A DNA stretch of 64,000 bases from Octopus vulgaris (taxonomy: Eukaryota). Position numbers and translations under genes: made by a program. The DNA is taken from positions 56,420,001 to 56,484,000 of the forward strand of contig OX597829.1 in NCBI GenBank assembly GCA_951406725.2. The letters are read 5' to 3'. The first letter of the stretch is position 1. The number at the start of each line of letters is the position of its first letter. Under the pieces are notes generated by a model. The model was not told the origin of the DNA and did no database searches. It worked only from the letters and a program-made list of their open reading frames with translations. Of this stretch, positions 39,436-53,609 are shown piece after piece.

Positions 39436-39839
39436 AGATATGTCTGCATAAACAATAACTCACTCCTCAAGTTGGCCATGTTGTCCGATTCCTGATTTGA
39501 AAGACTTTGCCAGGTGGTGCTATTAATTTAGACATACTGGCCGAAAGCTATTAAAGTATCAAAGTATGTATATATATATATATGTATATATATATGCATA
39601 TATACATACATATATGTACATACTTACATCTATACATATATATATATATTTGCATATGCGTGCACAGGATGTCACAAAACATATACACCACACATCCTCC
39701 TCCAAGTAAGTTTTATCTATATGTATGTATGTATGTAAACACTGCCAGATCAGACTGGAGCCTGGTGCAGCCTCCTGGTCAAACCGTCCAACTCATGCTA
39801 GCATGGAGAACGGACGTTAAACGATGATTATGATGATGA

Positions 39840-39882
<43 letters not shown>

Positions 39883-39988
39883 CATACATATATATATATC
39901 TTTTGTATGTGTATATATATATATCTTTTGTATGTGTGTGTGTTTATGTATATATGTATATGCATGTGTAGATATATGTATGTATGTG

Positions 39989-40019
<31 letters not shown>

Positions 40020-40379
40020 CTATATATGTATGTATATATGTATGTTTGTGTATGTGTGTGTGTGTATCTTTTGTGTATGTGTATGTATATATATATATCT
40101 TTTTTGTGTGTATATATATATGTGTTTGTGTGTGTGTGTTTGTTGGGGGAGGGGTGTTTTTATGTACATAAATATTTTAAATGGTGCTTAGTATAACTGC
40201 ATCGGGATTGTTTTCAATCTTTTTACATTATTCTTAGTATGCTTTTTTTTCCCTTTTATTTTATATCCAATTCCATACATATTTATAGTTTGGCACAACA
40301 CCTATATAAAGGTGGTTATAAACTTCTAGAGGTCAAGCTATTTATATTTCCCATGTTTGTGTTGTTATTGTTTGCCCTT

Positions 40380-41000
40380 GTAACTTGTTAATGTTCTTCT
40401 AGCATTATTGGAAGCATTGAAGAGTTTACATAACCAGCAACGTCCTTCATTTCACAGAATTGGTTTTGGCTCAGCCAGTATAATGACAAATGGTACAGTT
40501 AGTAATACAAGAAATGTTACATTAGAAATTTCTGGATATTTGTTGTATTTTAAAAGTGAGAAGGTGAATGCCTTTCCAAACCAATCACAGATGTAGGTGT
40601 TGTAGCCAAAGTTCTTAAGAGATAAATAACAGGTTTGAAGCAGTGAGAGCAAAAAGAAAAATTGGAAAAGATCAAATAAATGTGAGTGATAGCAGAATAG
40701 CAAGCAAGGATTTAGGCAAGATTTATCAAGCTAGGAGGTGGGGGGGGACTGTTTTGTGCTAAGTTTATGAGATGCATGAAATGTTTTGAATAATAAAGCA
40801 GTATATCCTCACATGTTCTCAGTAAACAAAAATTCTGATACTAAATGTATTTTAGTAAAGTGGGTTTATTGTAGAAGTGAGTTATTAAGAGTAATTGACT
40901 GAAAAATTGCCAAGCTGTATGAAGTTCTTCGCTGCTGATGTTATTTGTGAGGAATATTAACAGTTCTTCTCTTGAAACATTATCAAATAGTAATTAGCAC
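40380..41000 (-). mobile_element. PLE GIY-YIG remnant (Hydra-clade-like)
   Basis: KHFHASHKL-like, DKSCLN, NTYIC, AEPKP and GRCWLC pieces. Confidence 0.45.
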
Positions 41001-41026
41001 TCTTGCATCCATTTTTCCTGTACCTA

Positions 41027-41236
41027 CAAGGGCATGCTGAAAAGTTCCTGGCTTTAAGGGTTTCATGAAAGACCTGGTAGGAGACTCAACTTTCTGTGCT
41101 CTTCTACAGGGCTTAGAAAAACTGAAGGACCATTGCAATAACTGCGTGAATCTAAGAGCAGAATATGTTTGGTAAAATCATAATTAACTGATCCTCATCC
41201 AATATATTCTTTTACGCAAAACCACGAACATCCTTG
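41027..41236 (+). mobile_element. Mariner-derived MITE
   Basis: TA|CAAGG...CCTTG|TA. Internal GLEKLKDHCNNCVNLRAEYV resembles a mariner transposase C-terminus. Confidence 0.65.
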
Positions 41237-43604
41237 TATGATTCTTCCACTTCTTCTTCTTCTCTCTTTTACCTGTAATTCTTCAACTTTAGACAACTTT
41301 TCAGCCAGTTGGTTACTTATTGTGTAGGATTTGAAAACCACAATCATTTTGTTTTGATCATAAAATATAGGAAAGGAAATGGTTCTGAACAAAAAGTCGT
41401 TTCCTCCCTTGTCAACAGTTTCATTACTAACCTCTACTCCTCCCATCCACCCAACTCATGCGGGGGGGGGGGGGGCTTTTCCTTAACCCTTTCCCTATCT
41501 TTATAGATGTTGCCTACTTCCTTCTCCCACTTTCCCTATCTCCCCCACACACACTTGCAAACCCCAATCCACCTCCCCACCTGCAACTGCTCCTGCTACT
41601 ATCTCCTTGGAGATGCCTCAAATTCACTCTTCTTCTTCTTCTTCTTCTTCTTCTTCTTCTTCTTCTTCTTCTTCTTCTCTCTCTCTTAAATTTGAGTAAC
41701 CATGTGGCACATTTATAACCTGAACCTGCTCTACACCATTCATAATCTTGTAGCTTCAAGATTTTAAAGATCTGATTGTTTATTTTTTGAATGACCTTGC
41801 TAGGTAGATGTGAGAGGCCAGAAATAGGCTGTTTGGTGGGTAATGGATGGTTTAAATGCTAGAATAAAGGAATAACTTCTAATTAGCACTCATAAATGCT
41901 GCACTGGTACAGATCTCATAGGACATGAAGAACTAGAAGTGGAACAATAAGTTGGAAGTTTATTAATGTTTTATTTTTGTATACAAAGCAAGATATTTGG
42001 ACAAATTAAGGATGTTCACAATATTAAGAATACACTGTTCTTAGAGAACATGAAAATAACTGAAGATTTATGGAAGAGTTTTTATTGTACTTTTTGAGTT
42101 GTGAATTGGCTTGGTCAGTTCTGCCCTTTCATTTTTCTAAAATCAATAAATTATCAGTGAATTAATGGGAGTTGATTTTGGCATTTGGAAGGGCATCGAG
42201 CCACAGAAGCCATACCAAAACAGACAATAGATCTTGGCACAGTATAGAGAATGGACATTAAGTGATGAAGACCGCAATGACAACAATGGTGCTTACTACT
42301 AAAAATCAATGTGTTAAAATTGGAAATCAGTCGTACATGTGTCATTTAACCCTGGGCCAGACAGTAATGTGTCCTTTTTCTAGATAGTAAGACATGAGTT
42401 GAGAGAGATTTGACTGTTATTTCTAGAGGTCAAGCAACTGCTTATTGGCTCACTATAACAAGTTGTTGAAAAATAATTATGAGTACAATAAGAGAAGTGG
42501 GTTGATTTTTTTTTTTTTCAGTTTATTTTGTTGATTTTTCGCAGCTTTTTAATGCAGTCAGGTGGAGTTAGTTTGCTGTAGCTGAGTGTCAATACCCCGT
42601 GGATTGTCCACAAAAAAAAAAGTTGCAAACTTCTTTTTGTTGATATTAGCCTATTTTGGTCGATGTATGCCATAAATGGCAGCAGACTAGGAACATTCTG
42701 AATTATGTACTTACTGTGTTCTCTTTGCTGAGAATCGAGTTTTGTTGACAGCTCATGTTGGTTGACCACATGCCACATGGTCGCAGCAAATGAGGCAGTA
42801 ACTTGTGGAGATGGCAACTGACTGGGACTCTGTTTGTTGGGTCACCCTAGGGGAACCCAGGAAAATGGCAATAAATGGTGAATGCGGCAACATGCTGTAA
42901 CAGCGCATTCTTTCACACATGAAGTAACCTGTTTACTTAGATATGGTACCATTTCTGAAAAAGAAGTTATAGCAGAATATTTCAGATCCAGTACTTTGTA
43001 ATAATCGTATTAATCTTACAAAATAATGTCCATTGATCAGAAGCCTTACTGGTAGGGCAGTCTGCAGGCACTGGACATTAGCAAGTGCATGAAGGAAAGT
43101 TTATTTCTTCTAATATATTTTTGACTTGTTTTGCTGAGCGTAAGACGAATACTCAATAAATAATCAGTTCACACGCATAAAAACAAAATAGTCAAACTAT
43201 GGAAACTTGATATGTGCACAAAGTTTAAGTTTATTATAGTCATTGTGAATTGTTTAGACAACTATCTCTTCAGATTTCATTGGGAGCAATGTTGTGCTAA
43301 ATAAATACCTATCATATCATTTTGAAATATGTTTTGTTGCTGGGAGTTTGTACTCTAGCATGAAGTACACAGATTGTTTGATCTACTCTGTAGACATCTT
43401 TTTGTATTTAGAATTCCCTTCTACAATTGTTTTTCTTCTTCTTCTTCTTCTCTTCCCCCTCCTCCTCCTCCTCCTTCTTCTTCTTCTTCTTCTTCTTTCT
43501 TCTTTCTTCATTGGCATCATTGTTGTCGTCTTCTTTAAATCTCCACATGGATAGAATCTTTTTTGAAATGATGGTCAGAGAAACCAATAGCACTCAAAAA
43601 TAGA

Positions 43605-43743
43605 TTGATATAAAGATATCATTGATATAAGATATCATTGATATAAAGATATCATTGATGTGAGATGTCATTAATGTCATTGATATAAATGTTTCATTGA
43701 TATAAAAATGTCGTTGATGTCATTGATATAAAGATATCATTGA
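43605..43743. repeat. About 17-bp minisatellite (gatataaagatatcatt)
   Basis: About 8 degenerate tandem units. Confidence 0.85.
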
Positions 43744-44549
43744 GCCTGTGGGTGTAATAATTACTTCAGTGATTTACTACCACCTGCCATTTTGCTGCTT
43801 GTAGAAGGGTATGTTGTTTCTAATCAGAATATCCATTTACAATCAGCACTCAGTCAGTGCACTGCTTTTGCTGCCCGTAGGTATGTATCACATTACTGAA
43901 ATGCCTCCATTTTGAATTATATAAAGAATTGCCAGACTTCTTTACTCCAATTGCAATAAATGTGTTCTGGAATTAAACACGAGTGTCTTTATTTTGATTA
44001 GGAATCAATGAAGGAAACTCCTATGGGTGTTGTGTCTGGTCACCAAGTGGAGCAATGCTGTTTACTTAGATACATTCCTGATTAACCAATTAACAACTGA
44101 AGGTTTCGTTATGAGTCCGAGTTCCACATGAACTGAAATTAAATTAAATCGTTGAAAAGAATCATAATTAAGCAGGGTAAAGGATCATTTCCTAATCTCT
44201 TTAAAGCAGGATAAAGGACCTTTCTTTTACCTCCTTGGCTTATTTCCCCTTTGCAGCCTTATGACTGAATATGCAGGCTTCCAAGATATCCTTCAAAAGA
44301 CATTTCTTGTGGATAAACACTTCCACGTCCTTTAAGTCTACCAAAATTTCTATACACTTTTCAGCAAGAAATGCTGTTCAAAATGTTGGCATAAATGTGT
44401 TCACTTAAGAACATATTATATAAATTTTTAATACAAAATCTTTGGTAAATTGTAATGCAATCAAGATATGAAATAAGCCACAAAAAGTGTAAAAATGAAT
44501 GCATACAACAAACAAGGCATCTTAAATCTTAATAACAAAACCTCTTGCC

Positions 44550-44701
44550 TTGTGTGGTAAGTAGCTTGCTTCCCAACCACATGGTTCCGGGTTCAGTCCC
44601 ACTGCGTGGCATCTTGGGCAAGTGTCTTCTGCTATAGCCCCGGGCCGACCAAAGCCTTGTGAGTGGATTTGGTAGACGGAAAATGAAAGAAGCCTGTCGT
44701 A

Positions 44702-44746
<45 letters not shown>

Positions 44747-44948
44747 TTGTCCCCCTAGCATTGCTTGACAACCGATGCTGGTGTGTTTACGTCCCCGTCA
44801 CATAGCGGTTCGGCAAAAGGGACCAATAGAATAAGTACTGGGCTTACAAAGAATAAGTCCTGGGGTCGACTTGCTCGACTAAAGGTGGTGCTCCAGCATG
44901 GCCGCAGTCAAATGACTGAAACAAGTAAAAGAGTAAAGAATAAAAGAA
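44550..44948 (+). mobile_element. SINE family A, well preserved
   Basis: tgtgtggtaagtagcttgc...ggttccgggttcagtccc...gtaaaagagtaaagaataaaagaata. Confidence 0.88.
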
Positions 44949-45752
44949 TATCTGATGATCAAACATCTTATGAAATAATATGAAAAATTCTGAAGATATT
45001 TAACATTATCTGGGAAAGTTGAAATTATATACTTTATTACTACAGCAGAAATTATGGAATTTCAGTTTATTTGGTAACACTAATAAATCAAATTATTTGG
45101 CCAATCATTTATTTTCACTTTTGGAACACTGCCAGAGAAAGTAGATTTAAAAAGAACTTTGTCTATGTCTCTAATTTCTGTGCAGATCCTAAAATGTCAG
45201 TAATATTTACAACATTGTGTTGATTGCCTCATTTGTTTACATACTGTTTCTATGTCGTTTTCACTGCTCCTGGCATTAAAAATGTTAATGACTGCATCAT
45301 ACATCAAAAATGTCTCTCATTTCCTGAGAAAGAAAAAAAAAACCTTCAAATTCCCTTTGAGAACCAATTATTGCAGGTCACACAGCATGTGACAACATTT
45401 TTTAAAAAAGTGAATGTGGGCAGGGGATTCAAAGTGGCTTTTATGACTAAAATTTTCTTCAACTTAATATAAAAGGGTTTTGAATTTGACATCAAGAAAT
45501 ATTACTTAGAATGCAGTCAAATATTCTGAAAACATAAATAAAACCATTCTTCAAAGAGTGGTGATGAAGTATATACATGTATATGTGTATAAGTGTTTGT
45601 ATGCATACAAGTGAATCTGTATACTGAACACATACATGCTTGTGTATATATATAATAAACATAGAGCCCGCAACTAAGTGCGCAGTAAATGTGTATATTT
45701 AAAGTGCGTATACATGTATAATGTAACAAAATTATGATCTTGATGTAGAGTA

Positions 45753-46270
45753 CCGTAAATCCTCAAGTATAGTCTGCCCTTGAGTATAATACGCAGAGGA
45801 TTTTTAAGGGGCTGTACCTCTGAAAAACCTAAATCTTGTGTATAATACGCACCCCTTCTCTAACTTGAACTGTGCGTAATTAAGCCAGAAGCACCTAGTC
45901 GAACAAACACTTCCGCGCATGCATAATACAATAATGGTGATGTTCTTAACTGTTATATGGGAATGTAAATATGTTTGCAAATTGTTTTTACATATTATTC
46001 TGTGTTCTGAATACTTTTATTTTAATAAATGTTGTTTACTGCAAGTTATGGATGATTCTTTTATGACTTCATTGCTTTCAGGCTTAGCTTAAGGTATTTT
46101 CACGCCAGACATCACAAAATGCGTCTGAATAAACATTGCTGGACAGCAAATAGAGACTCGGACATTGCTTAGAAAATATTTTTCATTTTTAACCTCGTAT
46201 ATAGTACGCACTAGGGATTTTGACCTTTAAATTTCGGGTAAAAATGCAGATTATACTTGAGAATTTACGG
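45753..46270. mobile_element. Tc1/pogo (Tc2-like) MITE
   Basis: TA|CCGTAAATCCTCAAGTATA ... TATACTTGAGAATTTACGG|TA. Confidence 0.8.
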
Positions 46271-48599
46271 TAGTCTTTTCTGTTCATGACCATATATAGA
46301 ATGCCTTGTTCTGTTGCAGCAATGTATATCAAAAGGACTATGAAACAATGAGAGTTACTGGCTGTAAGTTGTTTGCACTGAAGACCTTGTGTTATTGCCC
46401 TACTGCATAGCGATGCGAGCTTCCTGTGTTACTGATGAGCTGTGTTGGCTGTGTCGACTGCTGTTATAGCCATTGTGCCTGCTATAAACAGTTAGGTAAG
46501 CCCGTTGATATAGCAGCATACTAATCACTGATTTGTTGGGAATTAAATTAAATTCAGTTGCCAAGCAAATCTCCAGATGTGAGGGAGTTCACATTTTTGG
46601 CACCCAAAAAATATGGCTCATCCTTTGGCAGGAAAGATTCTCTAAGCTACAACTTCCATCATCCTTCATACCACTGTGCATTTCCTTTGCAACTCTGCAC
46701 TTGTTTATTTATTGAATCAATTGTGTTTATAGAAAATATGCAATGTTAATATTCTTTCTGCTCACCATTAGAATGTTTGCTGCTGACAAGATGAAATCCA
46801 AGAAGCACAAACATTGACAAAACGGCTTCTGTTTCTGTGTTATGAACTTTAACATTAACATTCAGACTACTCTGTCAAATGCAAGGCTTATTTATTCACA
46901 TTGTTTTGAGTTTAATCATACATTATCTCAGGGCCTTGAGATTTTCATGATCTGTTTGTTTAGTTTTACAATGATTTTGTAGGGTAGGTGAAAGACGTTG
47001 AACTGCTTGATTTCAACATAAAACAGAATATTTGAGCCAAATATGACCAGTTTAAATGCTGAAGGATTTATAGTGAAGCCCATGTAGATTAAGAACTATA
47101 GAAGCTAAAAGTTAGAGAGCATCTATAAATTACTGACAGCAAATATTCTTGGGGAAAGCATTCTTCTACTACATGTCATGCAACGCCTAATTAGAAGTTC
47201 AAGAAATGTTTCTGTGGGAAGCCATTGTTTGAGAAACAAAAATGTGTGTATATATATATATATTTGCAGCTTATATATATTTGCAGCTTACATATCTTTA
47301 TATTATCATCATTACTATCGTTGTTTTAGCATCCACTTTGCTATACTTCCATGGGTCAGATGGAATTCATTAAGGCACATTTTCAACGACTGGATACCCT
47401 TCCTATTGCCAACCTTAACCTGTTTCCAACCAAAGTAATATTCCCTCATTGCCAGACATGTTTTCAAGTCTGGAAACAAGAGACTCTGCTTCTTTGATGA
47501 TGATGATGCGCATTTGTAATTATCCTATAACGTCAAGACAAAGAAACACACACGCATGCGCATTTATACATGTATATATACGTACATATATGTATATATG
47601 TGTGTATGTATATATATATAAATGTGTGTGTGTATGACAGACTTCTTTTAATTTCTGCTTACTAAATCAACTTGCCACCAAGTGCTCACACAGTATGGTT
47701 GAGCATGAAACCAATTCATACAGTTATGCTTAACATAATTTATATTTTGATTTCAAGTTTTGGCACAAGGCCAGCAATTTAGGGGGAATGGGTAAATTAA
47801 TTATATTGGCCCTTGTGCTCAACTGGTACTTATTTTATTGACCCTGAACAAAATCAATGTCGGCAGAGTTCAGATACAGAACGTAAAGACATTTCTATCC
47901 AGCATGCTAGCAATTTTGCCAGCTTGCTGCCTTTAAACCAATCCATGTATTAAAACAAGGTTATGTTTAAGTTTGGTAATTTCTTTTTTAAGGATTTTTC
48001 TATTTTCCTTATAAGTCTTTTATGTTTGGTTTGAAACAATAGCATTCTTAATTCATTCATCTGGTATTTCAGTACTTTCACAATCTCACTTTTTCAAAAA
48101 AAAATTCTTCTCATAATGTGGTGCCCATTGTTCTGCAATAAGTTACAAAGAGTCTTCAGAATAATTTCATAACTGAAGAAATCATTGAAACCAATTACCA
48201 CAGTTGGCTTTGAATATGAGATTGAGAAAGTCTTGAAAACTTCAGACTAATATGCTTAGGAATATTATGGTTTTGAAACAGAAGAATCAATGCATAAGAC
48301 TAAAACATTCTTAAAATAAAATAAAAGAAACAAAACTTTAAAGTAGTCATGTTTTTAAGCAGGACATTTCAAAGAAAAGCTCCTCCTTATTTATGCAAAT
48401 ATCTTTGCATTTATTTATGTGTGTGTGTGTGTGTGTGTGTGTGATGGACTCTGCCATCAAAAACAACTTATGAGCATTCAAATTTTATTGAAAGACCTGC
48501 ACAAATGATTTGTTTATACTTGGTTTACCTATTATGGTGTTGCACTTGTGTATGCCCCTAATTCAGCCCACCTATTAATTTCTGCCAATTTTTATGTAT

Positions 48600-49072
48600 A
48601 TATATATATATGAATTTGTAACCAAACCCAAATGCTGTAAGTCATAGAGAAGAGTGACACACACACACACATAGGTCCTTTTTAATAATGACTATAATTA
48701 TACATTATTTATAAAATAATATATACTCCATTTAAAGTGACTAAACCTAAACAATTGTTTACAAATTTATAAATATATATATACTAGACTAAAATTATCT
48801 TTACATTAAAATTGGCTGAAATTGCTGGGTGGGCTATTTGGCCGAATTGAGTGCATATGGGACCATGGAACAATTGATGTCCTGTTCAGTTTCCAGTAGT
48901 TCGGCCCATCTTCTTTTAGTCAATTGTCTAGATTCAGTCGCTTTAAATGGAACATATATTATGATATAAATAATATATAATTATAGTTATTATTAAAATG
49001 GACCTATGTGTGTCGTGCTTCTCTATAATTTACAGCCTTCGAGTTTGTTTACAAATTTATAAATATATATAT
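48600..49072. repeat. Degenerate long inverted repeat (arms about 155 nt)
   Basis: 48600-48757 is the reverse complement of 48920-49072, e.g. ataggtcc/ggacctat, ccatttaaag/ctttaaatgg. Confidence 0.75.
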
Positions 49073-49591
49073 AAGTCAGGATGATGAGGGGAGTGTCAGT
49101 TTCAAAAATATAAAATGTATCATATTAATTGACGTGTCTCCGATGAAAAATAGATGAAAAATTTTGTAATTTTGTTTTCTCTGTATTTTTTCTGGAATTT
49201 TAATATGCCCTTTTTATGTTTTATTATCCCAAATTTTTTATTATACCAATGTTTTATAACTTTAAGCATAAATTCACTGTGTTTTGTATGTAACATTGAT
49301 TCTTATATACTTATATATATTATATGATTTTTATCTATTTATATATATATTATTATGTTTATATATGTCGAATTTTATATCCGTTCTGTAGATATAAATG
49401 AATATATGAATGTATTTGATCTTTGAGTGTAGATCTGAGTAATGTTCCTTTAGTTCCTATTCGCATTGCCTCCGCTCAGATTAAGAAGCGGAATATAGCT
49501 CATGTGGAGTACTAAAACTCCAGTTTGTATTATATTTTGAGTATTGTTATTACTAGCAATCTCAAGATATAACTGTATTTTGTATTTTATA

Positions 49592-49628
<37 letters not shown>

Positions 49629-50141
49629 AATTTCTAAAAACCAAAAACCATTTACAGTTGATAAAATATTAAAAAAAGTGGCACTGATTACTCTTAACAA
49701 CTTGACCATTCCTCCTTAGCACCATTCCTCAGATACAAAGACACAAACACATGCACCATACACGCACGCACATAAACACACACACACTCTCTCACAAGAC
49801 AATAATAAAAAGGAAATATAATTTATGGTCTTCTTTCTCTCCCTCTTCTTCCTTTCCTTCTTTTTCTTTAACACTTCTTTCAGATACACACACACGCACA
49901 CACACATGCTCTCTCTCTCTCACTTTCTCCCCATTCCTCACCCTCTTGTACTATCTTATATCCCTCCCCACCAATACACACTCAATAACACTTTTTTCCC
50001 AAGATCTTAACCCCTCCCCCCCCCTTGGAGTAAATATCCTGACCAACTATAAAAGAAACCAGCAAAACAACTTTTTCTTCTTCCCTCTCTCCCTTTTCTT
50101 CCTTTCCTTCTTTTTCTTTAACACTTGTTTCAGATACAAAA

Positions 50142-50187
<46 letters not shown>

Positions 50188-50494
50188 GCTCTCTCTCTCT
50201 CTTCTTTCTCCCCATTCAACATCCTCTTGTACTATCTTATATCCCTCCCCACCACTACACACTCAATAACACTGTAAAATGGCCAAAATTTTTCCACAGG
50301 AACTTAGTTCAATATGAAAACTCCACCAGAATGGCCGAAAGCGCTATTATATGATATATGATCTAAGTTATATGATGTATAAAAACATGTAATATACAAA
50401 TAAATATCTGTAAATATAAAGCCATCCAAATTTCTGAGTACCTCATTTCTTCTAATATGATTATATATATATATGCATATATATATGTATATAT

Positions 50495-50835
50495 GGGGAG
50501 ACCCCCTTCAGTCATGAGTGACCATGGGGCTGCACCTAGAAAGTTACCCTCCGAGGCACAAGTCCAGGCAAGGTTGTTTATGGAAGACCAGCAGTTGCCC
50601 TTTGCTTACTAGCCTCCCTTCTCCATGCCACTAATATTATCCAAGGGAAAGGCAAGGGCCGATACAGCTTGGCACCAGTGACATCGCGACTCATTTCTAC
50701 AGATGAGTGAACTGGAACAACATGAAATAAAGTGTCTTGTTCAAGAACACAACACACAGCCCGGTCCGGGAATCGAACTCACAACCTCATGATTGTAAGC
50801 TCGACGCTCTAACCACTGAGCCATGCACCTTCACA
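50495..50835 (-). mobile_element. tRNA-headed SINE family B
   Basis: Reverse complement gtgaaggtgcatggctcagtggttagagcg...gagttcgattcccgg (A and B boxes). Homolog at 63488. Confidence 0.85.
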
Positions 50836-51028
50836 ATATATATATATATATATATTTCTGTGAGAATTAGGGGTTGGGAAACCATCTAACTAAGGGATAG
50901 TACCTATCCAATATAGTACTGGTAGTGTACCCAATTATTCATAGTCAAGGGCTAGTTGTTGCATGGCAATCTCGCTATCGGGTATTATATATGGCAGTGG
51001 TAAAAAGTGGTTTACCTTTAATTTATAC

Positions 51029-51390
51029 GGCAAATAAGAAAGTGGAAAGGATATGAAATCGACAGACATCAACCAGTAAACATTCCAGTATGTCTCTTTA
51101 TTATTCCAATGTATTGGACTGAGACACGTGTATTTGTGGTACAGATTATCAAGTGGAAAGAGTTAGGAATTGGTAAATGCAAAAAACAAGGGTGTGGAAG
51201 CACATAAGCATATAGGAACAAGTGATCAGTTGAGCAGATGAGCAGATTGTCTATAAAACCAAATGGGTGTGTAGGTGCTAGTTCTTAGTGTGTGTCTCAG
51301 CCCAATACATTGGAATAATAAATAGACACACTGGAATGTTTGCCAGCTGATGTCTGTCGATTTCATATCCTCTCCACTTTCTTATTTGCC
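51029..51390. repeat. Inverted repeat, arms about 100 nt, spacer about 165 nt
   Basis: ggcaaataagaaagtgg...gagacac / gtgtctc...cttatttgcc. Confidence 0.9.
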
Positions 51391-51407
51391 TATATATATA
51401 TATATAT

Positions 51408-51714
51408 CATCATCATCATCATCATCGTTTAACGTCCGCTTTCCATGCTAGCATGGGTTGGACGGTTCAACTGGAGTCTGGCAAGCCCGAAGGCTGCACC
51501 AGGCCAGTCAGATCTGGCAGTGTTTCTACAGCTGGATGCCCTTCCTAACGGCAACCACTCCGAGAGTGTAGTGGGTGATATTATGTGCCACCGACACAGG
51601 TGCCAGACGAGGCTGGCAGACGGCCATGCTCGGATGGTGTTTTCTTATGTGTCACCGACACAGGTGCCAGACAAGGCTGGCGAACGGCCACGCTCGGATG
51701 GTGTTTGTTACATG
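51408..51714 (-). mobile_element. RTE 3' tail copy
   Basis: (CAT)n then gtttaacgtccgctttccatgctagcatggg. Confidence 0.85.
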
Positions 51715-51820
51715 CCCCTATGTAGGATGCACCACATTTGCCACAGACGATCTCGTATACAACATAGGTCCTCTGGCACAATTCAGGGTTATTGATGGGG
51801 TCAGTAGACTTCAACATCTC
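51715..51820 (-). mobile_element. PLE GIY-YIG endonuclease fragment
   Basis: DPINNPELCQRTYVVYEIVCGKCGASYIG. Confidence 0.7.
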
Positions 51821-52175
51821 ATCATAAAATTGTCCTGCTAAGTTTTAAAATAGATTTTTGTTTACAAAAGTTTATTAAGCTACTTAGCATGTTATTTTTA
51901 TTGTAATTCTGAGTTCAAATTCTGTTGAGGTTGACTTTGCCTTTCATCGTTTTGGGGTCGATAAATTAAGTACTAGTGAATTACTGGGAGGGGGGGTGTA
52001 ATCAACTACTCCCCTCTCCACAAATTTCAGACTTTGTTCCTTTTGTAGAAAGGATTATTATTATTATTGACTTTTAATCTTCATGTTTGCTACAATCACT
52101 TGCCAAGACACACCCAGCATCCTAGGGCAATTATTATTATTATTATTATCATTATTATTATTATTATTATCATCA

Positions 52176-52222
<47 letters not shown>

Positions 52223-52293
52223 TTGGTTTTTGAGATAACATTCTATGATGTTGTTTTCTTTCCTAATATTTTCCCACACTTTCTTTTTCACAG

Positions 52294-52419
52294 TGCTCCT
52301 TATTATGCTAAACTGCATAAATGTGAAATTAGTGACAAGGCTACAACTTATCATCACATTCAGCAAGATCATAGCTTTATTAATCATAATTGTCATTGGA
52401 TTTTATTGGATTGGCACCG
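52294..52419 (+). CDS. SLC7 transporter coding exon 2 (126 nt; MLLIMLNCINVKLVTRLQLIITFSKIIALLIIIVIGFYWIGT)
   Basis: Pyrimidine tract plus cacag acceptor, G|GTAATG donor. Phase 1-1 joins exon 1 (A+TG). NCxxVK...Q...T..K motif typical of LAT TM4-5. Confidence 0.95.
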
Positions 52420-52526
52420 GTAATGTTATTTCTTTCTTTTTTACTTTGGCTGTTACAATTTACTACAACTGATTAAACAATATTCCATTTGAATTTTTTT
52501 TTTTTTCTTTTAAACATAAGAGTTGA

Positions 52527-52738
52527 CCCTTTAGATACCAACCCACCTCTGACTCTGTAGTACAAATGTTTTGTTTTCAAAAGTTTTGAATCAAAATCTT
52601 CCACCAAACCTTAGTCACAATTTATGTTCCTAACACTAGCTTAATGAAAAAGAAGTTATTTTACTAAATTCTTTGTTATATTTAAAATTAATTAAAAGAA
52701 ACACAGAGCATCTCAACAGAAATATGGTAAGAAATGGG
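52527..52738 (-). mobile_element. piggyBac-like MITE (family of 29372)
   Basis: ttga|CCCTTTAGATACCA ... TGGTAAGAAATGGG|ttaa. The interior is the reverse complement of the 29372 copy. Confidence 0.7.
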
Positions 52739-53509
52739 TTAAAGCTAAATATCTCTCTTTGCTGCTGTTTTCACTTGTTTTAATGGGATTCTTTCCTCCA
52801 AAAGATCTTTAGAGTAAAATCATTCCACAGGGTGTGTAAAGCTCAGAGATCAGAGAGACTCTTCAAGTTAAACTGCTGCTTTTTCTTTACACTGATGGGT
52901 CACGGCTCCAGTACATAGAGTTAGAATGCCACAGTAAAGAATCACAAGACAGATTCTTCAAGCTGAAACAACCGATAGGAGACCTAGGGGCAAACCAAGA
53001 ACAAGATGGTTGGATAATATCCACGGACTCAATTGGTCCTATTTGAGAATCCAGCCTGAAAGTGTAATGATGGTTGCTTTTGATAGGACCCTAAAGAGGA
53101 GGCGCCTGAGAACTCTCCCACTAAGAATAGTGAGGTGGAAATCCTTGCCATAGATCAGAAGTGAAATCTTATTGGCATGGTTTCTGCTTCTAGTTGTATT
53201 TCACTTTGCTTACATTTCTAATCATGTTGAGAAGAACCTGAATTTCGTTTTCTTTTCTCTACACTGTTTGGAATTTATGTCAAATGTTATGCAGTTCCAT
53301 AGAATTTATATCAAATATTATCCAGTTCCACTATTCCACCATTTTCATAAAGTGGCTACATATAAGGAATACATTTCCTTCCTGTACACTTTTTATGCTG
53401 TGAGAAGAAATGGACTCTGTCAAATTTTCTTTTTTTTAAACATACATATTAGTAGTATAAACTTCATCTTTATATAATTTATGAAAATATCTTTTTTTAT
53501 TCTTACCAG

Positions 53510-53609
53510 GCAATAATGAAAACCTCAAAAACACATTTACTGGAACGGACTATCGAATTGGTCCAATTGCATTATCATTTTATTCTGGTTTTTGGGCTTA
53601 TAGTGGTTG
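53510..53609 (+). CDS. SLC7 transporter coding exon 3 (100 nt; GNNENLKNTFTGTDYRIGPIALSFYSGFWAYSGW)
   Basis: ttaccag acceptor, TG|GTAAGT donor, phase 1-2. Contains the TM6 ALSFYSGFWAYSGW signature. Confidence 0.95.

Noticed and set aside
43605-43743. Regular 17-bp array as CRISPR or iteron
   Set aside because: Head-to-tail minisatellite without unique spacers.
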